Shown: positions 9,085-17,559, counted from the stretch's first letter. The stretch is DNA of 64,000 nt from Polyangiaceae bacterium (GCA_044376115.1 JBILLK010000034.1:1-64000), one strand, 5' to 3'. Numbers and translations: made by a program. The notes: generated by a model from the sequence alone, not told the origin.

Positions 9085-9978
9085 ATGAACACGTGTGTTT
9101 CACGACTCGGTTACGTCGGCGTCGAGATGAGTGACCTTCAGGCCTGGAGGCAGTTCGCCACTGAGGTCTTGGGGTTCGAGGAGAATGGAGTGACCGAGGA
9201 TGGCGGTCGCTTCTTCCGTATGGATGACAGACACCATCGGCTCGCCCTTCACCCGGGTAGCCGCGACGACATCGCGTACGTCGGTTGGGAACTCGACGAC
9301 GAGAGCGCCCTCGAGGCGCTCGCTCACCGCCTCGCGGCACGAGGTCACGACGTCGTGTGGGCGACGGAGCTCGAGGCCCAAGAGCGTAGGGTCGGCCGGC
9401 TGCTCCGCGTCTCTGATCCGAGCGGGATCGTCAACGAGGTCTATTGCCGACTGCAGCCCAGCGCGTCTCCATTCAGCCCATCGCGCGACCTCGGCGGCTT
9501 CGTCACGGGCGATCTCGGAATGGGGCACATCGTGCTCTGCGTGGACGACTACGAAGCCTCCTTGCGCTTCTACCGCGAGGACCTCGGCCTCGCGATCAGC
9601 GACTACATCGACGTCGACTTCGGTCCCGCTGGCGTTCGAAGCGTCGCCTTCCTCCACGCAGGCGCGCGTCACCACGCGCTCGCGCTCGTGCCGATCAGCA
9701 CGCCGAAGCGCCTCCACCACGTCATGGTCCAGGTGACGAGCCTGACCGACGTCGGCACCACCTTCGACCGCTGTCAGGACGCTGGCGTCGGCATCGCCCT
9801 GTCGCTCGGCCAACACACCAACGACCGCATGACCTCGTTCTACATGCAGTCACCCTCGGGCTTTCAGATCGAATACGGGCACGGCGGCATCGAGATCGAC
9901 GACGACTGGAAGGTCGCTCACCACGACGCCCCGAGCCTATGGGGCCACCGACCGCAGCGGCCGCAGGCTCCCGAATGA
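9085..9978 (+). CDS. Type I extradiol ring-cleavage dioxygenase (BphC/HsaC-like, VOC fold)
   Basis: RLGYVG, RMDDRHHR, GMGHIVL, RHHALA, LHHVM, LGQHTNDRMTSFYMQSPSGFQIEYG: His-His-Glu Fe(II) triad present. Confidence 0.9.
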   Translation: MNTCVSRLGYVGVEMSDLQAWRQFATEVLGFEENGVTEDGGRFFRMDDRHHRLALHPGSRDDIAYVGWELDDESALEALAHRLAARGHDVVWATELEAQERRVGRLLRVSDPSGIVNEVYCRLQPSASPFSPSRDLGGFVTGDLGMGHIVLCVDDYEASLRFYREDLGLAISDYIDVDFGPAGVRSVAFLHAGARHHALALVPISTPKRLHHVMVQVTSLTDVGTTFDRCQDAGVGIALSLGQHTNDRMTSFYMQSPSGFQIEYGHGGIEIDDDWKVAHHDAPSLWGHRPQRPQAPE

Positions 9979-10015
9979 GCCCGCGTGGATCGACGCTCGC
10001 ACCACGCCCATGGTC

Positions 10016-10194
10016 CCGTGGAAGGACGGCACCGTGGCCCTCTTGCTGGAGCCGCTCGATCTGATCGCGCGGGTCTGTGCACGCGTCCCTCCACCTCGGC
10101 TGCACATGGTCCCGTCGCGCAATTCCTTGCGCGACCAATAGGACACTACGGCGTCCTCAGCTCGCACGCCAAGGTACGGAGCGAGGTCGTGCCC
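10016..10194 (+). mobile_element. Remnant of an IS91-like (Y2) transposase C-terminus, interrupted by a stop and frameshift
   Basis: PWKDGTVALLLEPLDLIARVCARVPPPRLHMV-[hairpin insert, TAG 10139-10141]-YGVLSSHAKVRSEVVP matches the PPPRxHxxRYxGVL motif. Confidence 0.7.
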
Positions 10195-10216
10195 CATCCC
10201 GAGGTCGCGATGAGCG

Positions 10217-10240
10217 AGCAAGTGCCGAGTTGCAGTGGCT
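10217..10240 (+). repeat. 24-bp direct repeat, copy 2
   Basis: Exact match to 7086-7109; followed by AA (TAA stop) instead of GA (TGA stop). Confidence 0.9.
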
Positions 10241-10283
10241 AAGGAGCGGATAGCGAGCTGCAGCCTGTTGTAGGCTGCCCGCC

Positions 10284-11360
10284 ATGCGTGAACTCTTGCT
10301 TGGGTGCCTCGTGGCTGTCGTTGCGTGCGGGGACTCCGGTAGTTCGGGCAGTGGGGCCGCTGGTGGCGGCGGGGACGGGGAGGGCGGTGCAAACTCAACG
10401 GGTGGCAGTTCCACTGGCGGCAGCGCTACCGGCGCGGGCGGCTCCGGCGCCGGGGTCCCGGTGGATGGCCAGTTCACCTTCGGTGTCGAGGAAGGCCGCG
10501 TCTTCCGCGTGGAGGCTGCCGCAGGCGCCGCGATCGAGGATGTAAGCCTCGCGCTCGATGCGCTCGCGCCCGGTACCCTGGACCGCCGGCTCATCCCATC
10601 CTTCAACGGGGCGTGGCTCACCCTTTCGACCGACCGCGTGATCTGTGACTACGGTCAGTGTTTGGCGGTGATCTCGGGAGACCTGGCTTCATTCGAGGCG
10701 GTGATCGTCGACGGCCTACCCTTACCGGCCTTCGGCACCTCGCCCATCACCAACGACGGCAACACCATCGTGTACTCGTCCGATGGCGGTCCACATTCGG
10801 TGGACCTCTATCGCATTGACCGCGCCGGCGACGGTTGGTCTTCACCCACGCTGCTTACGGCTGATTCGAGCTACGACTATAACGATATGCCGGCGCTCTC
10901 CTTCGATGAAGGCCGCGTCTACTTCGATTGTGGCGTTGCGCCCTATCCCGAAGACGGCGGCACCGATTCGTGTTCGGTCGCGCTCGATGGCTCGGGCTTC
11001 AACATCGTAGTCGCCGGGGACACGTTGCCCGACGCCGAGGCCGACTTCACGCAGTTCCCTCACGCGGCCGTGGGCGGCCTATTGTTTCAGGGCAACTGGC
11101 CGATCGGCGACGCGAAGCCGGAGACCATCTGGTTTCTCCCCGAAGGCGGCAGCGTGCCCGAGCCGATCGGCGAAAACTTCACCAACGCCGTCTCGCCTTG
11201 CGGTCTGCGCGATGGACGCTTCGGCTTGCTCTGGCTCGACGGGCCGGACAACCGCGCAGGCCTGCACGAGCTCACGCTCGTCGCCGCCGACGGCACGCTG
11301 ATCGCCGTACTAACGCCCGGTATCGACGTGCTCGACGTCGGCATCGGCTGCGCCGATTGA
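10284..11360 (+). CDS. Lipoprotein with Gly-rich linker and TolB/PD40-like propeller
   Basis: Lipobox VVAC; SPITNDGNTIVYSS, MPALSFDEGRVYF repeats; TAGGCT 7 nt upstream. Confidence 0.7.
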   Translation: MRELLLGCLVAVVACGDSGSSGSGAAGGGGDGEGGANSTGGSSTGGSATGAGGSGAGVPVDGQFTFGVEEGRVFRVEAAAGAAIEDVSLALDALAPGTLDRRLIPSFNGAWLTLSTDRVICDYGQCLAVISGDLASFEAVIVDGLPLPAFGTSPITNDGNTIVYSSDGGPHSVDLYRIDRAGDGWSSPTLLTADSSYDYNDMPALSFDEGRVYFDCGVAPYPEDGGTDSCSVALDGSGFNIVVAGDTLPDAEADFTQFPHAAVGGLLFQGNWPIGDAKPETIWFLPEGGSVPEPIGENFTNAVSPCGLRDGRFGLLWLDGPDNRAGLHELTLVAADGTLIAVLTPGIDVLDVGIGCAD

Positions 11361-11364
11361 GCGC

Positions 11365-11436
11365 TCAGGTCGGCTCGAGGCCCGAGCACACGAAGCCGAG
11401 CGACATCACGAGTCCAAGCACAATCCATTCAATCAT
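11365..11436 (-). CDS. Candidate 23-aa hydrophobic small protein
   Basis: MIEWIVLGLVMSLGFVCSGLEPT*; ends 4 nt from the convergent gene's stop; too short for the ORF track. Confidence 0.35.
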   Translation of the reverse strand: MIEWIVLGLVMSLGFVCSGLEPT

Positions 11437-11566
11437 GCCGTGCAGCTTCGCTTGTGAAGGCAACGTCGATGCGACGACGCGGGTACGTTTTCGCCGCTTG
11501 ATCGCGAAGAATGCCGCTCGGCCGAAGGCCGCTGGCACGACTCGCGTCGGAGCCTGCGGTCGATTG

Positions 11567-11593
11567 TTGTCACTCGGTTTGTGTGAGTGCTAA
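11567..11593 (+). promoter_or_regulatory. CIRCE-like element (HrcA operator)
   Basis: TTGTCACTC-N9-GAGTGCTAA vs consensus TTAGCACTC-N9-GAGTGCTAA; extra half-site CTAGCACTC at 11648-11656. Confidence 0.7.
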
Positions 11594-11852
11594 CGCCGCG
11601 CTCGTCAGCGATCTCAAGCAAAGGCGGAAAAAAGGCTGCCGACGCTCCTAGCACTCGGCTCGTACGCTGCTCGAGTCGGTGCCAAATGCATGACGATCGC
11701 GCCACAAAAAAAGCACAGAAAACGGGTCATCTTCGCTGCAGTTGGTACCGTTTGTTTGTTCGGTAGCGTCGGCAAACACCGGCGCTCACCGAGCAAAACG
11801 CTCGGGCCTCGGCGCCGGCGACGGCTCTCGAGGCATCACGGAGGTGATGGTC

Positions 11853-12458
11853 ATGACGGAGTCTTCGTCTCAAATCGCAATCAGTACGCGTCTCGACGAC
11901 TACTTTCGCGAACCCGTCGTCGAGGCCCTTCGAGGCGGCCCCGCGTTCGCATCGGAGGCCACCCAGTCCTACTTGGTGCAGCTCCTTTCGGACTACGCCA
12001 AGCCGACGCAGGAATCGACCTCACCGCTCTCGCAGTCGGTCACTCTGCTCTACCGCGACGCGCTCTCGGCCGCGGGGCAGGATCGTTTCCGCCGGCTCCA
12101 GCTCTTGGGCGATGGCGTGCTCTATTCGATGGGCTTCTTCCACGGCACGCAGATGAAAGGCGCTGACGAAGGCTACATCGCCAGCGTAGGCCGCGGTGCT
12201 TACGGCCATGCAGCGCGCATGCTGCGCACCAACAGCTCCTCCAAAGGGCCCGATGTTTTGCAGGAGCTCTCGGCCAACTTCGATCGCTTCATTCAAGTGC
12301 TGCGTTACGTCTCCGATTGGGTGCTCGCCAAAGGCGCGCGCGACGAACAAGCGCTAATGAAGCTGTACGAGCGCTGGCGGAAGACCGGCTCGGCGGTGCT
12401 GCGTGAAGAGCTCGGTAACCGCGGCCTTCTGCCGGCCAGCGACGAGACGGTGCACTGA
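11853..12458 (+). CDS. Hypothetical protein, predicted alpha-helical
   Basis: GGAGGT SD before ATG 11853; YLVQLL, RLQLLGDGVLYSMGFF, LYERWRKTGS; TGATG overlap with the next gene. Confidence 0.8.
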   Translation: MTESSSQIAISTRLDDYFREPVVEALRGGPAFASEATQSYLVQLLSDYAKPTQESTSPLSQSVTLLYRDALSAAGQDRFRRLQLLGDGVLYSMGFFHGTQMKGADEGYIASVGRGAYGHAARMLRTNSSSKGPDVLQELSANFDRFIQVLRYVSDWVLAKGARDEQALMKLYERWRKTGSAVLREELGNRGLLPASDETVH

Positions 12459-13045
12459 TGTCGGCGGCTCCGCCGTCGCTCTGTCTCGCACGCAAAGTTC
12501 AAGTCGATTTGGAGCGCCTCTATGCTGTGGAGGCGCCTCCGGTCGACGCCTTCGTCCGCATTGCCAACGGCGAACGCGAGACGGTGCTCGTGCGCAAGAC
12601 TCGCGGGAGCCTCGAGTTGCGCGTCCATCTCCCCGAGCAGGCGCTCTCTCATGACGGCTCAATCACGCTCGACCTTTACTGCCAAGTGGTCGAAGGCGTC
12701 AGTCACTTCATGATGCTGGTCGAGCGTGCGCGGCGCGACTTGCCGGCCACCCAGCTCGAGCTCGAGTTGCAAGCCGAAGTCGACAAGTTCGTCTTGGTCA
12801 AACGCGCGGCCGGCGCTGCAGCAAACACCGATGCAGCCGTGAAAGAGCGGCTGTTCTCGAACGTTCGCTTCTTGCATAAAGCCGGCACCGTGCGTGGCGA
12901 ACGCTACCGGCTCGCCAACCAACTAGCCGCGCGCTTCGTCACCCAGCTAAGCACGCGGCCAAGCGCTCCCGCTCGCCTCCAAGACCTGCGCAGATTTTTT
13001 GGTGCAGGCCAACGAGAGAAGCTCGAAATGGTGATGGCGGCGTAG
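12458..13045 (+). CDS. Hypothetical protein, possible degenerate zincin-like motif
   Basis: Translationally coupled (TGATG); VEGVSHF...LELELQAEVDKF, ERYRLAN. Confidence 0.8.
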   Translation: MSAAPPSLCLARKVQVDLERLYAVEAPPVDAFVRIANGERETVLVRKTRGSLELRVHLPEQALSHDGSITLDLYCQVVEGVSHFMMLVERARRDLPATQLELELQAEVDKFVLVKRAAGAAANTDAAVKERLFSNVRFLHKAGTVRGERYRLANQLAARFVTQLSTRPSAPARLQDLRRFFGAGQREKLEMVMAA

Positions 13046-13099
13046 TGCTGCCGTCCTGCCACTCGGCTCATCCTCTGGCCGGCACACCTGGTGTCCTCG

Positions 13100-13136
13100 A
13101 GGGGGACTTCGTCCCCCTTGCGCTGCGCGCACCCCC
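13100..13136. repeat. REP-like double hairpin
   Basis: AGGGGGAC-TTC-GTCCCCCT followed by TGCGC-TGC-GCGCA-CCCCC; single copy in this window. Confidence 0.4.
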
Positions 13137-13228
13137 TAGGGATCCAGAATTGAACTTCCGGCCGGACGTACTTGTGGAAGGGTTCCCGTCGATCGCCTGC
13201 GTCGGCTGACATATCCTGCGGCGGATCG

Positions 13229-13714
13229 ATGACAGCCGCTCAGTCCCCCGCTCGCTACCAACTTGCGCAGGCCAACGTGGCCTACGCCCGGGCCCCCCAC
13301 AACGACCCGCTGCTCGCCGACTTCATGGCGCGGCTCGACGAGCTGAACCTGCTGGCCGAGCAAAGCCCGGGCTTCGTTTGGCGCTATCTCACCGACTCGC
13401 GCGACCCGCAGCAACGCGAGTTCGAGGACCCGCTGGTGCTGTTCAACATGTCGGTCTGGGAGTCGATTGACGAACTCCACCGCTACACCTACCGCACCGC
13501 GCACGCCCAGGTGTACGCCGACCGCAAACGTTGGTTCACCGGCGATCACAAGGTGATCGGCGGGCACGCACTAGCGCTGTGGTGGATCCCAGCGGGCACG
13601 CTACCAACCGCGAACGAGGCCAAGGAGCGTCTCGAGCTCATCACGGCTCGAGGGCCAAGCGAGCGCGCTTTCACCTTCAAACAGCGCTTTCCACCGCCGG
13701 GGGTTGCACCGTAG
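13229..13714 (+). CDS. DUF3291 domain protein
   Basis: YQLAQANVA, LAEQSPGFVWR, NMSVWES, ALWWIPAG, GPSERAFTF. Confidence 0.85.
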   Translation: MTAAQSPARYQLAQANVAYARAPHNDPLLADFMARLDELNLLAEQSPGFVWRYLTDSRDPQQREFEDPLVLFNMSVWESIDELHRYTYRTAHAQVYADRKRWFTGDHKVIGGHALALWWIPAGTLPTANEAKERLELITARGPSERAFTFKQRFPPPGVAP

Positions 13715-13733
13715 GTAAGTAAGTGCTTACTAT
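13704..13733 (+). promoter_or_regulatory. Sigma70-type promoter overlapped by a palindromic TetR operator
   Basis: TTGCAC(13704)-N18-TACTAT(13728); palindrome AGTAAG-TG-CTTACT at 13718-13731. Confidence 0.65.
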
Positions 13734-13739
13734 CTAGAG

Positions 13740-14402
13740 GTGACTGAGAACCGCCGAGCCTCCGAGGTCCGCCAAGTCGAACTGACCGATGCCGCGCTGC
13801 GCATCATTGCGAGCAAGGGCATTGCGTCGCTCAGCACGCGGCGGCTCGCCGAAGAGGTCGGCCTATCGACGGGCGCCATCTTCAAGCACTTCCCCTCGCT
13901 CGACGCCCTGCTCGAGGCGGTGGTCGCGCGCGTGGAGGCCGTGCTGGACGCCACCTATCCCGACCCTTCGCTGCCACCCATCGAGCGCTTGGAGCGCTTC
14001 ATCGAGACGCGCAGCAGCGCCGTTGGTCAACGTTTGGGCATCTTGCGGCTGGTGCTCTCCGACCAGTTCATGCTCGCGCTGCCCGCCCAAGGCTCGCAAC
14101 GGCTCGGCGCCTGCGTTCAGAAGACACGCGCTTTCATCGTCGAGTGTGTGCGCGCGGGGCAGGCGGCCGGTGAGATCCGCGCAGACCTGCCCGTGGAGCC
14201 GTTGGCGGTGCTGGTGATGGGAACCGTGCAGATGCTGGCGCTCGCGCCTTCCAACCCAGAGCGCAGGATCGCTGAGCCGCGGCTGATCATCGAAACGCTG
14301 CTCGCTCTGTTGCGACCGCCCGCTCGGCCAAGCGATCGCGCAGCAAACAAACTGCGTACGCCCAAGCCGAGCGGCGCACGCGCAAAACGGGTGAAGTCAT
14401 GA
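13740..14402 (+). CDS. TetR/AcrR family regulator
   Basis: HTH: LSTRRLAEEVGLSTGAIFKHFPS. Confidence 0.9.
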   Translation: MTENRRASEVRQVELTDAALRIIASKGIASLSTRRLAEEVGLSTGAIFKHFPSLDALLEAVVARVEAVLDATYPDPSLPPIERLERFIETRSSAVGQRLGILRLVLSDQFMLALPAQGSQRLGACVQKTRAFIVECVRAGQAAGEIRADLPVEPLAVLVMGTVQMLALAPSNPERRIAEPRLIIETLLALLRPPARPSDRAANKLRTPKPSGARAKRVKS

Positions 14403-15583
14403 CCGCTACTGAGAACGTAGGCATCGGGCGACGCATCGTGGGCCTCTTGCGTCGCAGCGTGTGGCTCTTGGCGCTGCTCGGGGTCGCGCTGGCGGTGGCT
14501 TGGTTCCGGGTCTGGGCGCCGGTCCCAGTGGACGTGGTTCGGGTCGAACGCGGGGTCATCCTGGAGGAGGCCTTCGGTCGCGGTACGCTCGAGAGCCAGC
14601 GTGAAGCGGCGGTCGGCTTCGACCTGGTCGGGCGCCTCAGCGAGGTCCTGGTCGAAGAAGGGACGCGGGTCACGCTCGGTCAAGAGCTCGCTCGCCTCGA
14701 GACCGATCAAGCGCAAGCCGAGCTGCGCTCAGCGCAGACCGGCGTGGGTGCGGCACGGGCCTCGTTGACCAGGCTGGCTGCGGAGGAGGAACGCGCACGC
14801 GCGCTGCTCGCAACGGCCGAACGCGACGCCGCGAGGACGTTGGCCCTGTTCGACACCGGCGCGATCCCCGGCCAACAGCGTGACGACGCCAATGACCGTT
14901 TGCGCATCGCTCGCGCCGAGCTCGATCGCGTGCTGGCTCAACGCTCGGAGGCGACGCGCGGAATCGAAGTGGCGGCGGGCGGCGCGGAACAGCGTCGCGT
15001 GGCGGTGGTGCGAGCGACCTTGCTCGCCCCGTTTGATGGGCTCGTGACCCGGCGTCTGCGCGAGCCGGGGGACACCGTGACGGTCGGTTCAACCGTGCTT
15101 CGTATCGTCGATACAGGGCGCGTGTACGTGAACGCTTCGCTCGATGAGACCTTGCTTCCCAAGCTCGTGCTCGAGAAGCCAGCGGCCATCTTCTTCCCGG
15201 GCACCGCCAGCGCGACCTCGGGGCGCGTAACCCGGATTTCGTGGGAGGCGGATCGGCAAACGCATGAGCTATTGGTCGAGGTGACGCCGGAGAAGCTCGA
15301 TCGGCGGGTGGCGATTGGTCAACGGGCGGACGTTCGGGTCGAGCTACAGCGCCAAGACCAAGTGTTGCGCCTGCCGAGCAGCCTGATCCATCACGACGCA
15401 CAAGGGCCCTTTGTTTACGTGGACCGTGCCGGACGCATCGCCGTAGCTCGTCCGACTTTCGGCTTGAGCGGCAAGGACCACGTGGAGGTGCTGGATGGGC
15501 TCGGCGAAGGCGAGGCCGTGTTGGCGGGGCCTGCGAGCAAGTTGCAACTTCCGGTTGGCCGGCGTTGGGTGGCAGCGCAATGA
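14399..15583 (+). CDS. Efflux periplasmic adaptor (MFP/HlyD family)
   Basis: N-terminal TM; GRLSEVLVEEGTRVTLGQELARL; LLAPFDGLV; ATGA overlap with tetR. Confidence 0.9.
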   Translation: MTATENVGIGRRIVGLLRRSVWLLALLGVALAVAWFRVWAPVPVDVVRVERGVILEEAFGRGTLESQREAAVGFDLVGRLSEVLVEEGTRVTLGQELARLETDQAQAELRSAQTGVGAARASLTRLAAEEERARALLATAERDAARTLALFDTGAIPGQQRDDANDRLRIARAELDRVLAQRSEATRGIEVAAGGAEQRRVAVVRATLLAPFDGLVTRRLREPGDTVTVGSTVLRIVDTGRVYVNASLDETLLPKLVLEKPAAIFFPGTASATSGRVTRISWEADRQTHELLVEVTPEKLDRRVAIGQRADVRVELQRQDQVLRLPSSLIHHDAQGPFVYVDRAGRIAVARPTFGLSGKDHVEVLDGLGEGEAVLAGPASKLQLPVGRRWVAAQ

Positions 15584-16791
15584 ACCTCGCGCTGCGTGAC
15601 GTGCGTCGGCAGCTCGCGCGCTTCGTAGGCACCGCGGCGGGCCTCGGCTTGCTGCTCAGCGTGGTGATCGCGATGCAGGGCATCTACGCCGGTATGGTCG
15701 ACGACGCGACCGTCCTGACGCGCGCGATGAAGGCGGACCTATGGCTGGTCCAGCGTGACACCCGCGGGCCGTTCGCCGAGGGCTCACGCTTGGATCCGAG
15801 CGTTGAAGCGCGCGCGGCAAGCATTCCGGGAGTCAAGCGGGCGCGGCCGTATACCTATCAATTGATTCAGCGCGATCAGCGCGGCGAGGTGATGCGCATC
15901 GCGCTGGTTGGGCTTGGTTGGCCCGATGACCCGGGCAGTTCGTTGCCGCTCTTGCGCGGTCGGTACCTGCAACAACCCCACGGGGAGATGATCGCGGATG
16001 CGTCGCTCGGGCTCGCTATCGGGGAGTCGCTCGAACTCGCAGGGGAGCCCTATCGCATTGTCGGTTTAACCAAGAATGCGCTCACCTCGGGGGGCGAATC
16101 GGTCGCCTTCGTGAGCGTCGCTGACGCCGAGCTGATCGCCTTCGACCAGCCGCCGGAGGCCGCCCTGCTCGAGCGGCAGCGAGTCGTCGAACGGCTCCGT
16201 CGCACCGATCTCGGGCGCACGCAGCCGGGGCTCGAGGAACTCGTGATCGATACGCGCTGGCGCTCCCCAGCGATCGCGTCACCGCCTGTCGCGGCCGTGT
16301 TGGTGGAGGCCGACCCGCAGCGTCTAGCCGAGGTCCAGCAGGTGTTGAAGAGTTGGGGCGACGTGAGTGTCTATACGCAAGCGGATGAAGAGGCGCTGCT
16401 GCTCGGCGGCGTGGTGCAGCGGGCACGCATGCAGATCGGGCTGTTCACGGTCATCCTCACGCTCACTGCGGCGGTGATCGTGATGATGATCATGTACAAC
16501 CTGACCCTGGAGAAGACGCATGATCTGGCGGTGCTCAAGCTGATGGGCGCGCCGCGGCTGCGACTGCTCGGGTTGGTGTTGCAACAAGCGTGGCTGCTCG
16601 GTGCGCTCGCTTACGCCATGGCCTTCCTCCTCGGCGAGGCGCTATTCCCCGTCTTTCCGCGGCGCGTGCTGATCACCGAGACCATCTCGGTGGTGGCGCC
16701 GATCGCCACCATGGCCATCGTCACGTTGGCAAGTTTGCTCGGTCTTACCCATGTCATGCGCATTGACCCCTCGCGCGCGCTGGAGGCCTGA
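15580..16791 (+). CDS. ABC transporter permease (MacB/FtsX-like)
   Basis: MNLALRDV; LEKTHDLAVLKLMGA; 4-TM pattern. Confidence 0.9.
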   Translation: MNLALRDVRRQLARFVGTAAGLGLLLSVVIAMQGIYAGMVDDATVLTRAMKADLWLVQRDTRGPFAEGSRLDPSVEARAASIPGVKRARPYTYQLIQRDQRGEVMRIALVGLGWPDDPGSSLPLLRGRYLQQPHGEMIADASLGLAIGESLELAGEPYRIVGLTKNALTSGGESVAFVSVADAELIAFDQPPEAALLERQRVVERLRRTDLGRTQPGLEELVIDTRWRSPAIASPPVAAVLVEADPQRLAEVQQVLKSWGDVSVYTQADEEALLLGGVVQRARMQIGLFTVILTLTAAVIVMMIMYNLTLEKTHDLAVLKLMGAPRLRLLGLVLQQAWLLGALAYAMAFLLGEALFPVFPRRVLITETISVVAPIATMAIVTLASLLGLTHVMRIDPSRALEA

Positions 16792-16793
16792 CC

Positions 16794-17489
16794 ATGAGCG
16801 AAGCGGTTCGCGCTGTTGCGCTGTTCAAGACCTACGGGGTCGGGCCTGCTGCGGTGCACGCCCTCGATGACGTCAACCTGACGATCGCACGCGGCACCGT
16901 CGCAGCGTTGCTCGGCCCGAGCGGGTCCGGCAAATCGACGCTGATCAAGGCGCTCGGCTTCGTCTCCCCAGCGGACCGCGGGGAGGTCTACTTCGAAGGC
17001 CGTTTGGTCGTCAAAGACGGCGTCCCGCTCGCGGATTTGGCCTATCTGCGTCGCCGTCATCTGGGCTTCGTATTTCAAAAGGCCAACCTCACGTCTTTCC
17101 TCACCGCGCGCGAGAACGTGGAGATCGCCTGCGAGTTTGGCGGCAAAACCGATGGTCGCAGGCGAGCCCGCGAGCTGCTCGAGTACCTCGACGTTGCTGG
17201 GCGGGAGCACTCCTACCCGGAGATGTTGAGCGGCGGTGAGCAGCAGCGCGTCGCGATCGCTCGCGCGCTCGCCAATGAGCCTTCCTTGATCCTCGCCGAC
17301 GAACCCACCGCAGCGCTCGACAGCGTGCGCAGTCGCAGCGTGATGGAACTCTTCCGTAAGGTAGCGCACGACCGCGGCGCAGCCGTTTTGGTGGTTACGC
17401 ACGACCATCGCGCGCTGGAGGTTTTCGACGAACTCTATGAGATGGAAGACGGCAAACTCCGCCCTCACCCGCATACTCGCCGCAGCTAG
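16794..17489 (+). CDS. ABC transporter ATP-binding protein (LolD/MacB-like)
   Basis: GPSGSGKST, LSGGEQQRVAIARAL, ILADEPT, VVTHD. Confidence 0.95.
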   Translation: MSEAVRAVALFKTYGVGPAAVHALDDVNLTIARGTVAALLGPSGSGKSTLIKALGFVSPADRGEVYFEGRLVVKDGVPLADLAYLRRRHLGFVFQKANLTSFLTARENVEIACEFGGKTDGRRRARELLEYLDVAGREHSYPEMLSGGEQQRVAIARALANEPSLILADEPTAALDSVRSRSVMELFRKVAHDRGAAVLVVTHDHRALEVFDELYEMEDGKLRPHPHTRRS

Positions 17490-17559
17490 GACCGTGACCG
17501 CTGGCAAAGCGAGCGTGCTGCTAGTCACGCGGCAAGCTCCCGCCCATACTGTAACTCCG

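Noticed and set aside
3583..11360. Integron cassette array
   Set aside because: No integrase and no recurring attC-like RYYYAAC...GTTRRRY structures between genes
11533..11548. Sigma54 promoter at TGGCACGACTCGC
   Set aside because: GG-to-GC spacing is 8 nt, not the required 10
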